Assembly (NCBI GenBank): GCA_043228905.1
Contig: JBHGNT010000010.1
Location: 3,410,001 to 3,474,000 of the forward strand
Reading direction: 5' to 3'
Origin: Azolla caroliniana
Lineage: Eukaryota; Plantae; Polypodiophyta
DNA length: 64,000 bases
This document shows, piece by piece, positions 28,701 through 41,526 of the stretch. The translations under genes and the position numbers were made by a program. Numbering within the stretch: position 1 is the stretch's first letter; each line of letters starts with the position of its first letter. Under the pieces are notes generated by a model that saw only the letters and a list, made by a program, of their open reading frames with translations, made no database searches and was not told the origin of the DNA.

Positions 28701-29567
28701 GTGGTTTTTCCCTTTCGAGTTTTCCACGTAAAATATCTTGTCTCTCTGTACTTCTGTTTTTCTTGTTTTGTTTGTGCACTCTTTCTCGATCTCTACACCC
28801 TCATACGCACACGTAAAACCGGTTGTGGCCAGTCGATTCTTTACAAATGCAACTCTTTGTTAACTTATTGGCCAACGGGTGTAGAGTTGATGGGATATCA
28901 AGAGGTATTACTTTCTATGATGCATGATCTTACGACGAAAAATTATTAACATGCTAGACTAAATCGTCTAAAACAGAAGTGGAGGATGTTAATTGTCAAT
29001 CACATAAGTTTTTTCATGACCTTCATGAATCACATGCACAACATAATGTGGTAAGGTTAAAGGAAAATGGTAGACCATGTGTTCCGATCCTCAAGAAATT
29101 GTAAAGAAATGCATAGAATATTATAAACAATTGTTGGGTGTACAAGTGTGGACGTCTCTAACTGGAGTAAGCCTATCTTCCTTCAGTTGGGTTTTTGTAC
29201 ATATGGAGAACAATGAACTAATGCCTCATTTCCGAATTATTTTTGAGTTCTTGAGGTATTGGGGGTTATGGTTCAATTGGAATATGCAGAATGCCTTCAC
29301 TTTTGATTCGCAAGTTGGGGTGAGGAAATATGTTCTAAAGTTAAAATGACTTCTTTTGTGGCAATTGATAGTGCAAGAGAAGTCAAGGAATCTTAACCAT
29401 GAAGAGAGAGAACTCTCCAAGGTCACATATCATCATATTCGCCATTTGAATTGGTGTGTAGGGTGGTATTGAGGCTGAAGTCATAGTAGTATTTAGATCC
29501 CTAGTGGATAGAAGGGTTTTATACTTTGTAGTAAGTTAGTCATGGTGGTGTTTTTTTCTTTCGTAAT
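25784..29567 (+). mobile_element. L1-like LINE, degenerate, internally deleted (RT domain lost) and interrupted by a solo LTR
   Basis: ORF1 pieces with DUF4283-like FYEVVL..IVPWRP..PVWV and a zinc-knuckle remnant (HCFHYGVLGHFMVDCP); endonuclease motifs GRFIVVE and YTFQS..WSRLDRMYV; deletion junction at ~29150. Confidence 0.85.
28225..28845. mobile_element. Solo LTR (621 bp)
   Basis: TGTTAGG...TTTACA termini; flanks AATGA/AATGC (5-bp TSD, 1 mismatch); similar to solo LTR 45433-46161 (GTCCCTCC..ATGGGAAG, GGCTATATTTGTAAATAG, TGTGGGCT..GTGGTTTTTCCCTT). Confidence 0.85.
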
Positions 29568-32500
29568 GAGATAGATAGATAGATAAATAGATTATATTAT
29601 TATCTTTGGAGGTCAAATATGACCTATGAGACCAAAAATATTACATTTCACGTGATACGTGTGAAAGTGAGTAGTGACTCTCGATGTTCAAGAACTTTAC
29701 TAATGAATGTTGCAATCGAGAGTGCACAGTGTGGTTGTGAGAGGAATTCATGCAAGGATTGGGCTCGGTCGAAGAGATGTGGAAATCATGGTCGAATATG
29801 ATCAAAGGCAGAGCATTGTATCAAAGTGTGATACTCAGACTCGCGAACTTGTTTAGGGCAAAGTGTGCATAGCTGACCACTCTCATCACTTGTGCCCCAA
29901 TGCCCTATTTCACATCGCAATGCATGTGAGCTAAGTCGCATGGAAGCAATGGTTCGAATGGCAGATAATGGTATGGGCTCTAGCATGTATCGATGTGTAC
30001 GATTTCCCTGTTCCACAAAGAATATGGTTTTGTAGTTAGGTGCAACCTGTGTAGTATAATGTGTGAAGCGTGAGCCTCCACATTTGTCCCATGTCATGAT
30101 ACATTGGCGTTGCAAAAAGGCCTCATTTACAGAGGAATCTAATGATGCATCATGAAGCAAGTGTCTCGCATCCCATCTACCAAACCATTTTTCTATATCT
30201 TGCATCCAACCGGAACACAAAATTTTGCTTTTATGCGTCTTTTGGATCTTTTTGCTTGCTTCCCACACAATTCTAGGAAGTCGATGTGAGGGACTTTTTT
30301 GAACCTTAAGCATATATTCAACAACCCTTTCCATGGCCATGATCTCAATGGGAAGCGATCCCGTCTCAAGGAGGAGGAGGGTGTTGGGCGTTTGTTTCTT
30401 AACTTGTAGAAACTTTGTAAGAAAATGTTTTTGGACATTTTCAAACTCTTTCCACATAGATTTAGGGATGCTACCGCCCCATACTTCCACCCCATAGAGA
30501 AGAACCGGTGTCACCAAAGTGTCGAAAAGATATTTCTTGAGGACCTAACACTTAATATCTCCAAGATTGCATGTGTTCTCAAATGCATAATATGCTTGCT
30601 TACTCGCCTCTAAGCGACGTGTAGCACATTAATTCCATCTATGATTTGAAGGAACTTCAAGGCCAAGATATTTGAAACTTTCCACACATTCAAGTGGCTC
30701 ATTGTTGTACATAATGCATGTTTTATCTCTTTTGTGGCTCTTCACAAGCATAATCTTTGTTTTAGAGCTATTGACACTTAATTTAGTATGCATGCAAATT
30801 TTTTCCAATGCCTTCATAAGCTTTTGTGCATCTCCTAAAGTATTTGCAAAAAACACTACATCATCTACATATAATAAAAGCATAATTACAACATTTCCAA
30901 TGGCAACTTCTTCAACACATTCTTCGTTTGCAAACTTGGTAACCATTTCTTCCAATTCATCAATGCATAGACCAAATAGTGTTGGTGAGAGTGGGCATCC
31001 TTGCTTAACACCAATAGTGCTTTTGAAAAAATCTGAAAGTTTATCTCTCATGCGCACACAACATATAACCTTCTCATAAATTCGGGAAATTGCAAGCATA
31101 TATTCACTTGGCACCTAAAGTTCTTCCATTCGCCTCCAAAGATGCTCACGGGGTACCATATCAAAAGCTTTCTTGAAGTCTACAAAGCAACAATATAAAC
31201 CTTTACCTCTAAGGCGACTTTCCTCCATTAATACTCGAAGGGTGATAAGGTGATCAATGGTGCTATGGTTACCACTTTTTTTAGCCCATACGCTTATCTT
31301 TGATTCCATTATACATCCAAATAGTTTTGCTATTAATGAGCCAACCATGATGGTTCGATAGTTGTTTACATTATTTATATATCCACCTTTATGTAATGGT
31401 TTGATTCAATTTGTAGTCCAATCGTACAACATACCATGTTGCAATGCATCATTATACATATCGCTTATCCATATATGCGTTTCCTTTCCCGTCCATTTGA
31501 GCATTTCAACCTTTATACATTGAAGATCGCTTGCCTTTCGAGAGGCCAATTTCTTAAGTCCTATGCATATATCTTCAATTGTAAAGAAGGGAGGCATATG
31601 TGAAAGAGAACATATAAGACATCATCTTTCTGGCAAGAGATAACTCATATAAATTCTTACAATGCATAGACAAGTCGTGAAGAGTTAAGTCACCATAACT
31701 TTGAACACGTTTCCCCTTTAGATTTCCCTAAAATTTAGCACATGCATGTGCTTTCTCTTGCGTTTGGATAAATTGTTGAGTAACTTCCCATATTCTTCTC
31801 TTTCTTTGAATAAGCCTTTTATACTCATGCAAATGCTTTTGGTAATTCTCTTTATCCTTAACTACATCCAAAACCATAAGGCACTTTAAAGCTTCACGAC
31901 ATTCTTTATCAAACCATTTTTTCCTAAGTTTCTTGGTGCATTTCTGAGATGTGCGGTTGGTCAAAAAACATTTTGTTTGTATAGGAGAGAATGACTTTCT
32001 TGAAAGCTTCCCATTTGCATTCTAGTGTGGCATCATGTTGTATCTTTGTCATTTGTAACATATCCTCAACCATCTTGGAATACATGGGTGCTCGTTTAAG
32101 GTTCATGCTCAAGTGTGGTTGTTTATTATCTTTGTTTAAGGTTCATGCTCAATTTAGTTTAGTTAGTTAGTCAACAATGTAACTTCGTAGTTACCTATAT
32201 AGAATATAGTTAGAAGAGTTGACTATAACGCCTTAAATAGGACCTTGTACTTAAGTGGGATATTCTAGATCCTCCACTCCTAAGTACATTTAATATAGGA
32301 CTTACACATTAGTACCTATATTCTTCTCACACACATACACACACATATCACATAATCTTCCGCACTTAACTTAATCACATAATTAGGTACTAATTAACTC
32401 TTAATTACTTACCTAATTCTTTACATGGTATCAGAGTGTGTGGTTTAGAAAATCCACTAAGCCCACCTGACTCCATGATTGTGTGTTCGAGACGCTGACG

Positions 32501-32595
32501 ACAAAATCCGGCTATTCGCTACCGTAGTGCCGCTACGTAGCACGTGTACGTGATCGAAGGAAGTAAAACAAAAGAACAGAAGACACTAATCAACA

Positions 32596-34960
32596 TGAAC
32601 ACACAAATGGGTAGCTCGCTCCCTAGTGAAAAGCTAGACCGAAACAATTATTCATCTTGGGAGTACAAGATGACCCAATACCTCGTCAACCAAGGGTATT
32701 GGAGCTACATTAACGACACACTTGAAAACAAACACGACTCAAAGAACGCTAACTACGCAACATGGGAGACAGCGGCGAGTCGATTAATGTATTTCTTGGC
32801 AACATGTGTCCACGACCACATGCTTAGCCACATTCGAGACGCCAAGACGCCTAAAGAGGCGTGGGTGAATTTAAAGAAAAGTTTTGCTGCCAACACGACC
32901 GCTTGAAAGCTTCAACACCGACAAGAGTTGAACAACATCCGGAAAGAAGATATGTCCATGTCGGACTACATCACCAAGATCAAAAGCATTTGCGACTCAC
33001 TTGGCTCCATCAACATAAACGTCGACGAAGACAAGATGGTTCAAGTATGCTTGGGCGGCCTCGCACAACAATTCGATCCATTACGGATGGCAATCTTGGC
33101 GAGAGAAAACCCTCCTTCATTCTTCGACCTCCAATCAATGCTATTGGTCGAAGAGACGAAGACGTCGGAAGGACAAATGTTCTTCTCAAGTTCGAATGGT
33201 GGCCGAGGACGAGGTCATGACGAAGGACGTCACGGCGGTAGAAGAGGCCAATTCGGCCCATCACACGAAGGGAATTCAAACCTTCACGGAAGCCATCAAG
33301 GAACCTCCAGAAGAAGGGGGGGCTTCCATGCCGAACAAGGTCGGCAAACGAGGCCCGTAACTTGCAACTATTGCGGCAAAATCAGCCACCACGAGGAGGA
33401 GTGCCGAAAAAGAAGAAACGAGTCGGCTTCCACAAATCGACAACTCACGAATTACGTCGTCAACTCCAAATATGATGATTACAGCGGACTATTCGTAATG
33501 AGGCATAGAGCGAACTCTATGAAGACCTCCGACTCCGCAAGCACCTCTAATTCGGAAGACATGTGGTTCGTCGATTCCGGCTCCTCACATCACATGACAT
33601 CCCATAAAGAGTGGTTCAATGGCTTACGAACGCCAGATCAACCCGGCTTCATAGAGACGAGAGACGACACCACGCACCCCATTCGGCACATCGGCAATGT
33701 CCCATTCAGGAAAGAAGGAGAGCAAACTTGCATCAAGAATGTCTTGCACGTGCCCACAATAACGAAGAATTTGGTCTCGGTCGGCCAAATCATGGAGCAA
33801 GGCATGCAAGTTCGCTTCAACAACAAAGGTTGTTTCATTGAGAAAGATGGCCGACTCATAGCTAAGATGGCTGACTCATAGCTAAGGGGCGGAGAGACGT
33901 CCGAATGTTCATCCTTGATTCGAATGAGGTGAAATCAGCAATGTACGCCAAAGGTCTCAAAACCGAGACAAGCATCGAGTTGTGGCACAAGAGAATTGGC
34001 CACATAAACCTCCAACGGCTACGAGGGTTGCAAACCAAGGGAGTCGTCATCGGACTTCCGCCATTCGAGTCGAAATGAGTCGACCGAGTATGCGAAGCAT
34101 GTCAACTCGGCAAACAACATCGACTCCCATTCCCGAAGGAGAGCTCTGCAAGCAAAGGCCTCCTCGACGTCGTACACTCGAATGTATGGGGACCGGCTCA
34201 AACGTCGACGATCGGCGGATGCCGATACTACGTAACCTTCATTGATGACTACTCGCGCTATGCGTGGATCTACCCGATGAAGAAGAAGAGCGAAGTGTTC
34301 TCCCACTTCCAAAAGCTCAAGGGGCAAGTCGAAAAAGAAACCAGTCGGCACATTCGATGCCTACGATCGGATGGAGGAAAGGAGTACTTCTCCGACGAAT
34401 TCACCTCCTACCTCTAAAGTGAAGGCATTCAGAGAGAATTCTCGTGCCGACACACACCCCAACAAAATGGAGTAGCCGAAAGGAAGAATCGACAAATACT
34501 CGAGGTAGCACCCGCCATGATGCATGAGAAGCACATGCCTAATTTCTATTGGGCCGAAGCGGCATCCACGGCCGTCTATCTCATGAACCGGTACACCACT
34601 AATGGAGTCCATGAGCTAACTTCATACGAGCTCCTCGTCGGAAGGAAGTCAATCTTGTCATACCTCAAGGTGTTCGGATGCATTGCGAATGTATGCATCC
34701 CGAACGAACAATGACAGAAGTTTGACGCGAAGTCGGAGGAATGTATCCTCATAGGATACTCGTCAGAGAAGAAACCATACAAGTGCTACAACCCTTCTAC
34801 CCGAGCGGTTCGGATAAGTCGAGCCGTAGTCTTCGACGAGTCCGCATCCTGGTACGCACCAGAGACAATTTCGACTCCAACTCCGCTCGACCCGGAATCC
34901 GCCGAACAAGAGGTAAAAGATAGAGATCGCTTCGAACACATGTTCGAAGAAAGTCGGACT
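32596..34960 (+). pseudogene. copia-1 gag-protease-integrase, disrupted
   Basis: Stop at 32904-32906, a 20-bp tandem duplication frameshift at ~33844-33883 and further stops; motifs LWHKRIGH, YYVTFIDDYSR, PQQNGVAERKNR. Confidence 0.88.
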
Positions 34961-36326
34961 ACGGTGTCGTGAAGAAAACCGTCCCCAGGCGCAAACCGTG
35001 TGTAGCGTGTGTGAACCGTCCCTTACACGTGGGCACGCCCCCTGTTGTATAGTAGATAAGTAGGCACAAAAGTCAAATCCTAGGTAGCAATATTCTATAG
35101 GGAGAATCGAGGAGTATCTCTGTCTGAAAGGACAGAGAATTAATGTGATGTATACGGGTGAAAACGGTCTCCCTCCTTGAGATATAAAAGAGAGGGAGAC
35201 GGGGGGAGATAAAAAAAAGAGGGGGGGGGGGGACGAAGTGCTGTCGAACTAGGACCGAACCCTTCTCTGTCATTCTCCATAGCTTTCCTTTGTGCAGGTT
35301 CTCGAGAGGCCGATTCTACTCCGTGGAACGCCCGTGTGCTTCCGACAGAATCTCCATCTTTCTCCCCTGCGCGTGTGGGTGATCAGGCGTCGGTATCCGT
35401 CTAGCCGACCTGATCGGTTGTAGCCGTTCGTGTCGTCTGCATACATATTTTATATACATACATTGGTGTTCTTATACTCTATTCCCCGTTCAACTCGTGT
35501 CTCCTGTGTTGTTGGGGCGTGTTCCCGTGCGCTTCTCTGTCTATACGTGTGTGAGCGTGTCTCTCTCTCTCCCTTTTCTCACCTATTCCTCGGTCCAAGA
35601 CCCCAGTGGTCCCGCCTTGTTCCCCACGCACACGCTGTCGTGAAGAAAACTGTCCACAAGCGGAATCAGTGCACCGGAGCGTAGGAACCGGCTCTTCATG
35701 CACGTGCGCCTTATGTTGTACATAAGAGAGAGTTAGGTACATAGAAGATCCTAGGTAGGTAGATTCGGTAGGAAGGAAGTTAATGGGAAACGGCTCCTTT
35801 CTTGCCTATAAAAGGGGGGAGACGAGGAGGAGGAGCGGATCGCGGAATCAGAGGGGCCGAACTGCTGTCGGGTTGTCGGTCGAAGGCTTCTCTCTCTTCC
35901 ATACTCTCCGTAGCTTCTTTCTGTGCAGGTTTCGGGAGGCTCGCGCTGCTCTGAGGAATGCCCGAGTGCTTCCGGCAGCACCTCCAACCTACTCCTTTCC
36001 TTCTGAGCGTTTGCGAACAGGCATCGACATCTGTTCGCCGGCCTGTTCGGTTGTAACCGACTTCGTGCTTCTTGTTGTTTGTCTCTGTTAATATATACTT
36101 ACATACCTTTGTGCCTCTCTGTGTTGGTTTCCCCGCTCGCGTCTTCGTGTCGAAGGGCCGTGTCCCTGTGGATCTACGCTCTCACGTAGTGGGTCCCTTC
36201 CCTTCTCCTTTCCCTATTGCTCTTCGGTACAAGACCCCTGAGGTCCCGCCTCATTCCACGCATCCGCGAGGAATACCTCGACATCTTGGTGAACCCAACG
36301 TGAACGAGGCAGCAAAAGAGCAGAAG

Positions 36327-38453
36327 ATGAAGGGGTCGGATCTTGTGGAGGCCATGGCTTCGGCCGTGGATCGGATATTGAGCGCACGTGAGGGCACCGA
36401 CGTCCTTGACAGAGCCATTGAGGTGGTCGTCGGTACGATCGGCCGGTTCAGCGGAAAGGATGCCACGAAGTATTTGGCGTCCTACGGGGTAGAAATGTTG
36501 ATGCGGGACATTCCGGAAGAGAGGCGTCTTGTCGGGTTCCCTCGAGTGGCGATGCCGAGCATCCACGCGGAGGTGCTCGAGGTACGGGCGGAGAGCCGTA
36601 CCTGGGAGGAGTTCGAAGGCCGACTCCTAGAGAAATACGGGCTGGACGATGCGCTCCGGCTTTCGAAACGGGACTTCATGGAATGGGTGGAGTCCCCCGG
36701 CAAGGGAAGAAATACGTCGGCACTCCTCCGGGAGTTTGAGGAACGCTTTGCGCGCCTTTCGGCGCTTGACCGAACCGTTCTGGATACAAGCCGGGTCCTA
36801 CTGTTCGTCAAGTCGGTGGACGAGCGGGACCGGGATCAAGTCGGCTCCTTGCTGGAAACTGAAGACGGGATGACGACCGACTGGGTTGCGGTTAAGAGAG
36901 TCTGTGGCCGTTTCGACAAACGGCGAGAATGGGCTGATAACGGGGCGGCCGGTGCGGGCTCGGTCACAGCAAGGAGGCTTGAACCGGCACCGCAAGGGCG
37001 AAGGGAAGAGACCCGGGAGTGGCTCGAAACCGGTTCGGCTTCGACCGGCATGGTCAATGGCTCGTCCGGAGGAGCAGCGCTGGAGGAGTTGACGCGGGCG
37101 ATAAAGGATGTCCAGATCGCCCAGGCTCGAAGGGAAGGCGGCGAACCGGCTCCTGACCGACGACCGGCAGCAGGGAACAGGTGCATGTGGTGCGACGAGG
37201 TCGGCCACATTCAGAAGGACTGCGGCGATTTCGCAGAGGCGTTGACGAACCAGGTGGTGTACCTGTGGGAAGGCCGGGTGCATGCCGGCGATACCAGAAG
37301 GGTCCTAAACCGGAACGACGGGCGAGGAGGTATGAAGAGACTGATGGAAGAGGCAGCGGCCCGACACGTGGAGGCCATCCACTACTCGGCGTCGGCCGGT
37401 ATTCGGGTCGGGGGCAGCGAGGCCCGAAAAGAGAGCAAAGATGGATTCTGGTCGGCAATGCTGGAAGGCCTCACCGGCGCGCGGCTGAGGAAAGATGAAG
37501 CGGACCGCGCTGAAAGACGGGTCCGGGAAATAACCGGGTGGAGCGACCCGGTCGAGGAGAAGACGGGCTTCGTAGAAGCCGCCTGCCGGAACTACGAGGT
37601 TCTGGTAGAGGACAAACAAGTGGGGAAAGCCGGAGCGGCCGGGCCTTCACAACGATATGAGACCCGATTCGGGCAACGACGGAACGATGCCGGTGGGTAC
37701 AACACGCAAGATAACCCCAGGAAGGGCGGATACCGACTGGGGACGGAAATAGAAAGGGCCACGGACCTACGAAAGGTCCTAGAAGAACGGATCCTCGACA
37801 ACAAAGTGGAGCTGTCATTGCGGGAGGTGCTAGGGATCGCCAAGAAGGAGTTCCACGACTCCATTGTGGACCTGGTGAAACGGAAGAGGCTGTCGACGGA
37901 GACGGAACCAGAAAGGCCGGTGGAGGTGCGGACGACGCACATCGACGACATGGCGCTGGAAGATGAGTGGGCGGAGAGCCACTATTCAAGGCCGCACTGG
38001 GCCTGAGCGACCACGGAGAGCCCGGTAAAGATCGGAGATGTTCAGGAACCGGTGGTGGCATTGGTGGACCACGGTTCGGAAATAAACCTGATGTCCATGG
38101 ACTTCTATAAGAAGGGAAAGTGGCCGATCAACACCAAGCACGGGTGGAAGATACGGGCGGCGACGCGCGCCACTGAGGAACTGCACGGGGCCTGCCCAAA
38201 TGTGCGAGTCAAGATCGGCGACGTCGAGATTGACCAGCACTTCTTCGTACAGGAGACGTCCTCGCACCCGGTCATATTAGGGGAACTGTACATCACGGCG
38301 GCGCGAATGGAGACCAAGGTGCTGGACAACGGTTCGGCCTACGCGAGGGTAAAAAGCCAGGACATACACCATTCGGTCCAATTTCTGACGGTGCGGCCAA
38401 ACCACGAGCGAAACCGCGAATCCCTCGGTGGCGAGAACCGAGAGGATTTTTAG
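36327..38453 (+). pseudogene. gypsy gag-protease ORF with one internal stop (38004-38006)
   Basis: Zinc knuckle CMWCDEVGHIQKDC; protease ALVDHGSEINL..VILG in the same frame; ends G GAT TTT TAG. Confidence 0.88.
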
Positions 38454-38694
38454 AGAGGGCTGCCAAGGCGTGGGGCCGAGACAGTCCAGACACTCGGGAA
38501 AGACCCCACAGCTGTACGATAGAACCGAAACCAAAGAAACCCTGTACGATAAGTAAAAAATTTTGCTTCTCCAACAACGGAGGGTGTATGATAGTCGGCA
38601 TCGTTGGCCGAGAAAAGGGAAGGGCGGAGTAGCGACTTCGAGCGTGCGGAGTTCTCGGCCCAGACGAGGAAATCAATGGAGCCGTGGAGGCGGT

Positions 38695-38978
38695 TGTCGA
38701 ATACATGTGTATAATGGACGTATTCACACTATCCCGTTTTGGCCATTTATGTAATTAGCATAAAGGGTAGTTGCCCTAAGTCGGTCACTATATATAGTGA
38801 CCTTGTAACCTTTTTGTAAGGTTGGATGTTGTATTATTGCTTTGTGAAATAAAGAGTCTTTTGTGTGTGTCTCTCTCTCTCTCTCTCTGTGCAACGACCT
38901 ACATTCTGTCATACGCAGGTACTCAAACTAGAATCGAATGCTTCTTGATCTTCCGCATTGACGGCCTTGTCTCCAACA
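38695..38978 (+). mobile_element. copia-2 LTR (284 bp) in inverted orientation relative to LTR 42103-42386
   Basis: TGTCGAATACATG...CTCCAACA; near-identical reverse complement of 42103-42386; followed by CACAA (revcomp of TSD TTGTG). Confidence 0.93.
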
Positions 38979-39183
38979 CACAACGCGTAAGGCAGCAGCC
39001 GCGGCCAGTTCCCGACTTGACCTCCACATGCCCGAATTAACGCCTTGACAATCGGTCCGTGTCCGCGCTCCACCTTTCCATTCGCCTCCGGATTGTACGC
39101 AGTGGTAAGCGAGAGCTTGACTCCTAAACGGTCGAACAACTCCTCGGCCTCTTCGGCGTCCAACTCCCCGCGATCAGCCACGA
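38979..39183 (-). pseudogene. Inverted fragment of the gypsy integrase
   Basis: VADRGELD..AYNPEANGKVERGHGPIVKAL..WPRLLPYAL on the minus strand; continues on the plus strand at 42387 (LWADRTTHSS). Confidence 0.9.
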
Positions 39184-41526
39184 AACCGAGGTCGGATGGT
39201 CCGAAACCGAATCATTCGGCTGTGCCGAGTCAGAGTTGTCCGAGTCGGTAGTATAAGGTTCAGCTACCCGTGAAGCTGACCGTGTGTTGAGAGCGGGGCC
39301 TTCTTGAAGGGTCGGCACATCGGAGAATGTTACCCTTCGGACTTCGAGCGGTTTTTCGACTGATGGATTCATAGCCGACTCGTTGAACACAACGTCCGAA
39401 CTTCGAACGATTTGTCTGCGTTCGGGGTCCCAGAGTCGGTATCCCATTTCGCCGTCTGATCCATATCCAAGGAAAATGCATTTCCTGGACCGAGGTGCGA
39501 GTTTTCGGCGATCATCTTTCGGAATGAGGGCGTACGCCTCGCATCCGAAGATCCTCAGCTTGTCGTAATTCGGCTTACTGCCGATCCATAGTTCCTGAGG
39601 AATGTGAAGTCCTAGAGGTCTACTTGGCGACATGTTGATTATGTGTACTGCCGTGAGTAGAGCCTCTGCCCAGAAGCCATCCGACAGTCGGGAGTGTTGG
39701 AGCATGGAAACTATCCGTTCTTGGATTGTCCGATTCATTCGTTCTGCAATCCCGTTTTGCTCCGGACTGTGTGGTGCCGTAAATTCACGTCGGATGCCGC
39801 GTTGTCGGCAGAATTTGACGAATTCTTCGGATTTGAACTCTCCCCCATTGTCTGTCTGAAAGCATTTCAGCTTTCGGTCGGTTTGATTTTCTACCATAGC
39901 GAGCCAATCTGAGAAGATCGAGAAGACCTGATCTTTGGTGCGAATTGGATAAGCCCACACCTTTCGAGTCGAATCGTCAATAAAAGTGACAAAGTAAGAG
40001 GCACCGCCAAGAGACTGATGCGGCATTGGGCCACAGACGTCCGAGTGGACTAAATCGAGAGGTCTCGTTTCTTTTGGTGCTGATGTCGGGTGTGATGCGG
40101 CTGCTTGTTTGCCATACTGGCAATGCTCGCAGAATTGATGGTCGGAGAAGGAGAGTTTGGGGATGTATCCGGCTCTAGATAGATGCGTGATGCCGGCCTT
40201 GCTGAGGTGTCCTAATCTCCGGTGCCATAGTGATGACACAGGAATATCCACCAAAAACAGGTTACCCTCTCTGAGCGTAACATGTAACGGATACAGGGAG
40301 TGTATCTTGGGTCCTCTAGCAAGCAGGAGGTTCCCCCTGTGGAGTGTCCACCCTCCCGAAGAAAAACCGGCACGAATGCCGTCTTCATCTAGTTGTCCGA
40401 CTGAGATCAATGGCCTCGAGAGCTCGGGTACATGTCGGACATTGTGAAGTACAAGTGTAGAGCCACCTGCAAGGTTGAGCTCTACTGTGCCGATTCCGAT
40501 GATGTCACAGTGTTGTGAGTTGCCGACTCGAACTGAGTCGGAGTGACGGATCGTATATTGCCGAAATTGGGATCTATGAGGAGTCACGTGAAATGACGCG
40601 CCCGAATCCAAGAGCCATGTGCTCGATTCTTCAATCGTGAGCAGAACTTCGGATCCGACTGGATTTTCGATTGACAGTATATTCGGGTCGTCCGGTAGTA
40701 CATCAGCCGAGAAGCTGACGTAATTGATCTCCTCATGCCGGCCACTCTTCTTGTTGTTCTTGTTCTTGAGTGCGCGGCAGTCGGCTTTGATGTGTCCGGG
40801 TTTCTTGCAATAGTTGCAGATTCGGTTATCCCGTGACTGGCTCCGTCTTCGCTGATTGTTCGGCGGCCGTGAGGAATCTCTTCCTCGTATGTTCGATCGG
40901 TCTGTCGAACCTTGCACTACATAAGCGTCATCTGTTGAGTCTTTGGCGAAAGACTTTCTCCGAGCTGCTTCGGTCAGGATTGCGCTCGTGACTTCGGAGT
41001 ATTTAACAGCCGTGGTTGACGCGTTGCACACGGTTGTGACGAAAGTTTCCCATGATGAGGGAAGGCTGCTCATGAGTATCATTGCTCTGAGTTCATCCTC
41101 GATTGCCGTCCCCTGTGACGAGATTTGGGAGCTTATGCTTTCGTACTCATTGAGGTGTGCTTGGACCGAATCGGATTCTTTCATCCGCAAGTTGTAGAGG
41201 CGCCGGATCAGAAACATCTTCGTTGCGGCGACCTTCTTTTCATAAGTGTCCGACAGTGTTTTCCACAGTTCGAATGTTGTCGTACACGATTGCACCGTAA
41301 AGTATACCGATTCCGATAGGTGCATCCGAATCGTGGCGCGGACGATTCTGTCCAGCTTCTGCCACTCAATTGGTTTGTATCCTTCTGGAGGTTCTTCATT
41401 TTCGATGGGATCGATTTGCCCCTTGACTATGAGATAGTCCTGCATTTGTTCCTTCCAGAAGTTGAAGTTCGATCCATCGAACTTGCGTAGACTCATTTCT
41501 GACGAGCCTGATGTTGATGCCATCAA
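39124..41526 (-). CDS. copia-2 gag-protease-integrase polyprotein (uninterrupted, truncated before RT)
   Basis: 800-aa ORF: CNYCKKPGHIKADC, WLLDSGASFHVT, LWHRRLGH, VHSDVCGP, FQTDNGGEF, PEQNGIAERMNR, SSDVVFNE. Confidence 0.92.
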   Translation of the reverse strand: MMASTSGSSEMSLRKFDGSNFNFWKEQMQDYLIVKGQIDPIENEEPPEGYKPIEWQKLDRIVRATIRMHLSESVYFTVQSCTTTFELWKTLSDTYEKKVAATKMFLIRRLYNLRMKESDSVQAHLNEYESISSQISSQGTAIEDELRAMILMSSLPSSWETFVTTVCNASTTAVKYSEVTSAILTEAARRKSFAKDSTDDAYVVQGSTDRSNIRGRDSSRPPNNQRRRSQSRDNRICNYCKKPGHIKADCRALKNKNNKKSGRHEEINYVSFSADVLPDDPNILSIENPVGSEVLLTIEESSTWLLDSGASFHVTPHRSQFRQYTIRHSDSVRVGNSQHCDIIGIGTVELNLAGGSTLVLHNVRHVPELSRPLISVGQLDEDGIRAGFSSGGWTLHRGNLLLARGPKIHSLYPLHVTLREGNLFLVDIPVSSLWHRRLGHLSKAGITHLSRAGYIPKLSFSDHQFCEHCQYGKQAAASHPTSAPKETRPLDLVHSDVCGPMPHQSLGGASYFVTFIDDSTRKVWAYPIRTKDQVFSIFSDWLAMVENQTDRKLKCFQTDNGGEFKSEEFVKFCRQRGIRREFTAPHSPEQNGIAERMNRTIQERIVSMLQHSRLSDGFWAEALLTAVHIINMSPSRPLGLHIPQELWIGSKPNYDKLRIFGCEAYALIPKDDRRKLAPRSRKCIFLGYGSDGEMGYRLWDPERRQIVRSSDVVFNESAMNPSVEKPLEVRRVTFSDVPTLQEGPALNTRSASRVAEPYTTDSDNSDSAQPNDSVSDHPTSVSWLIAGSWTPKRPRSCSTV

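Noticed and set aside
36072-36326. N-terminal extension of the 644-aa gypsy ORF
   Set aside because: Lies in the LTR/PBS; the likely gag start is ATG 36327
36174-38727. Numerous antisense/overlapping ORFs in the gypsy body
   Set aside because: Expected by-product of GC-rich coding sequence; no independent motifs
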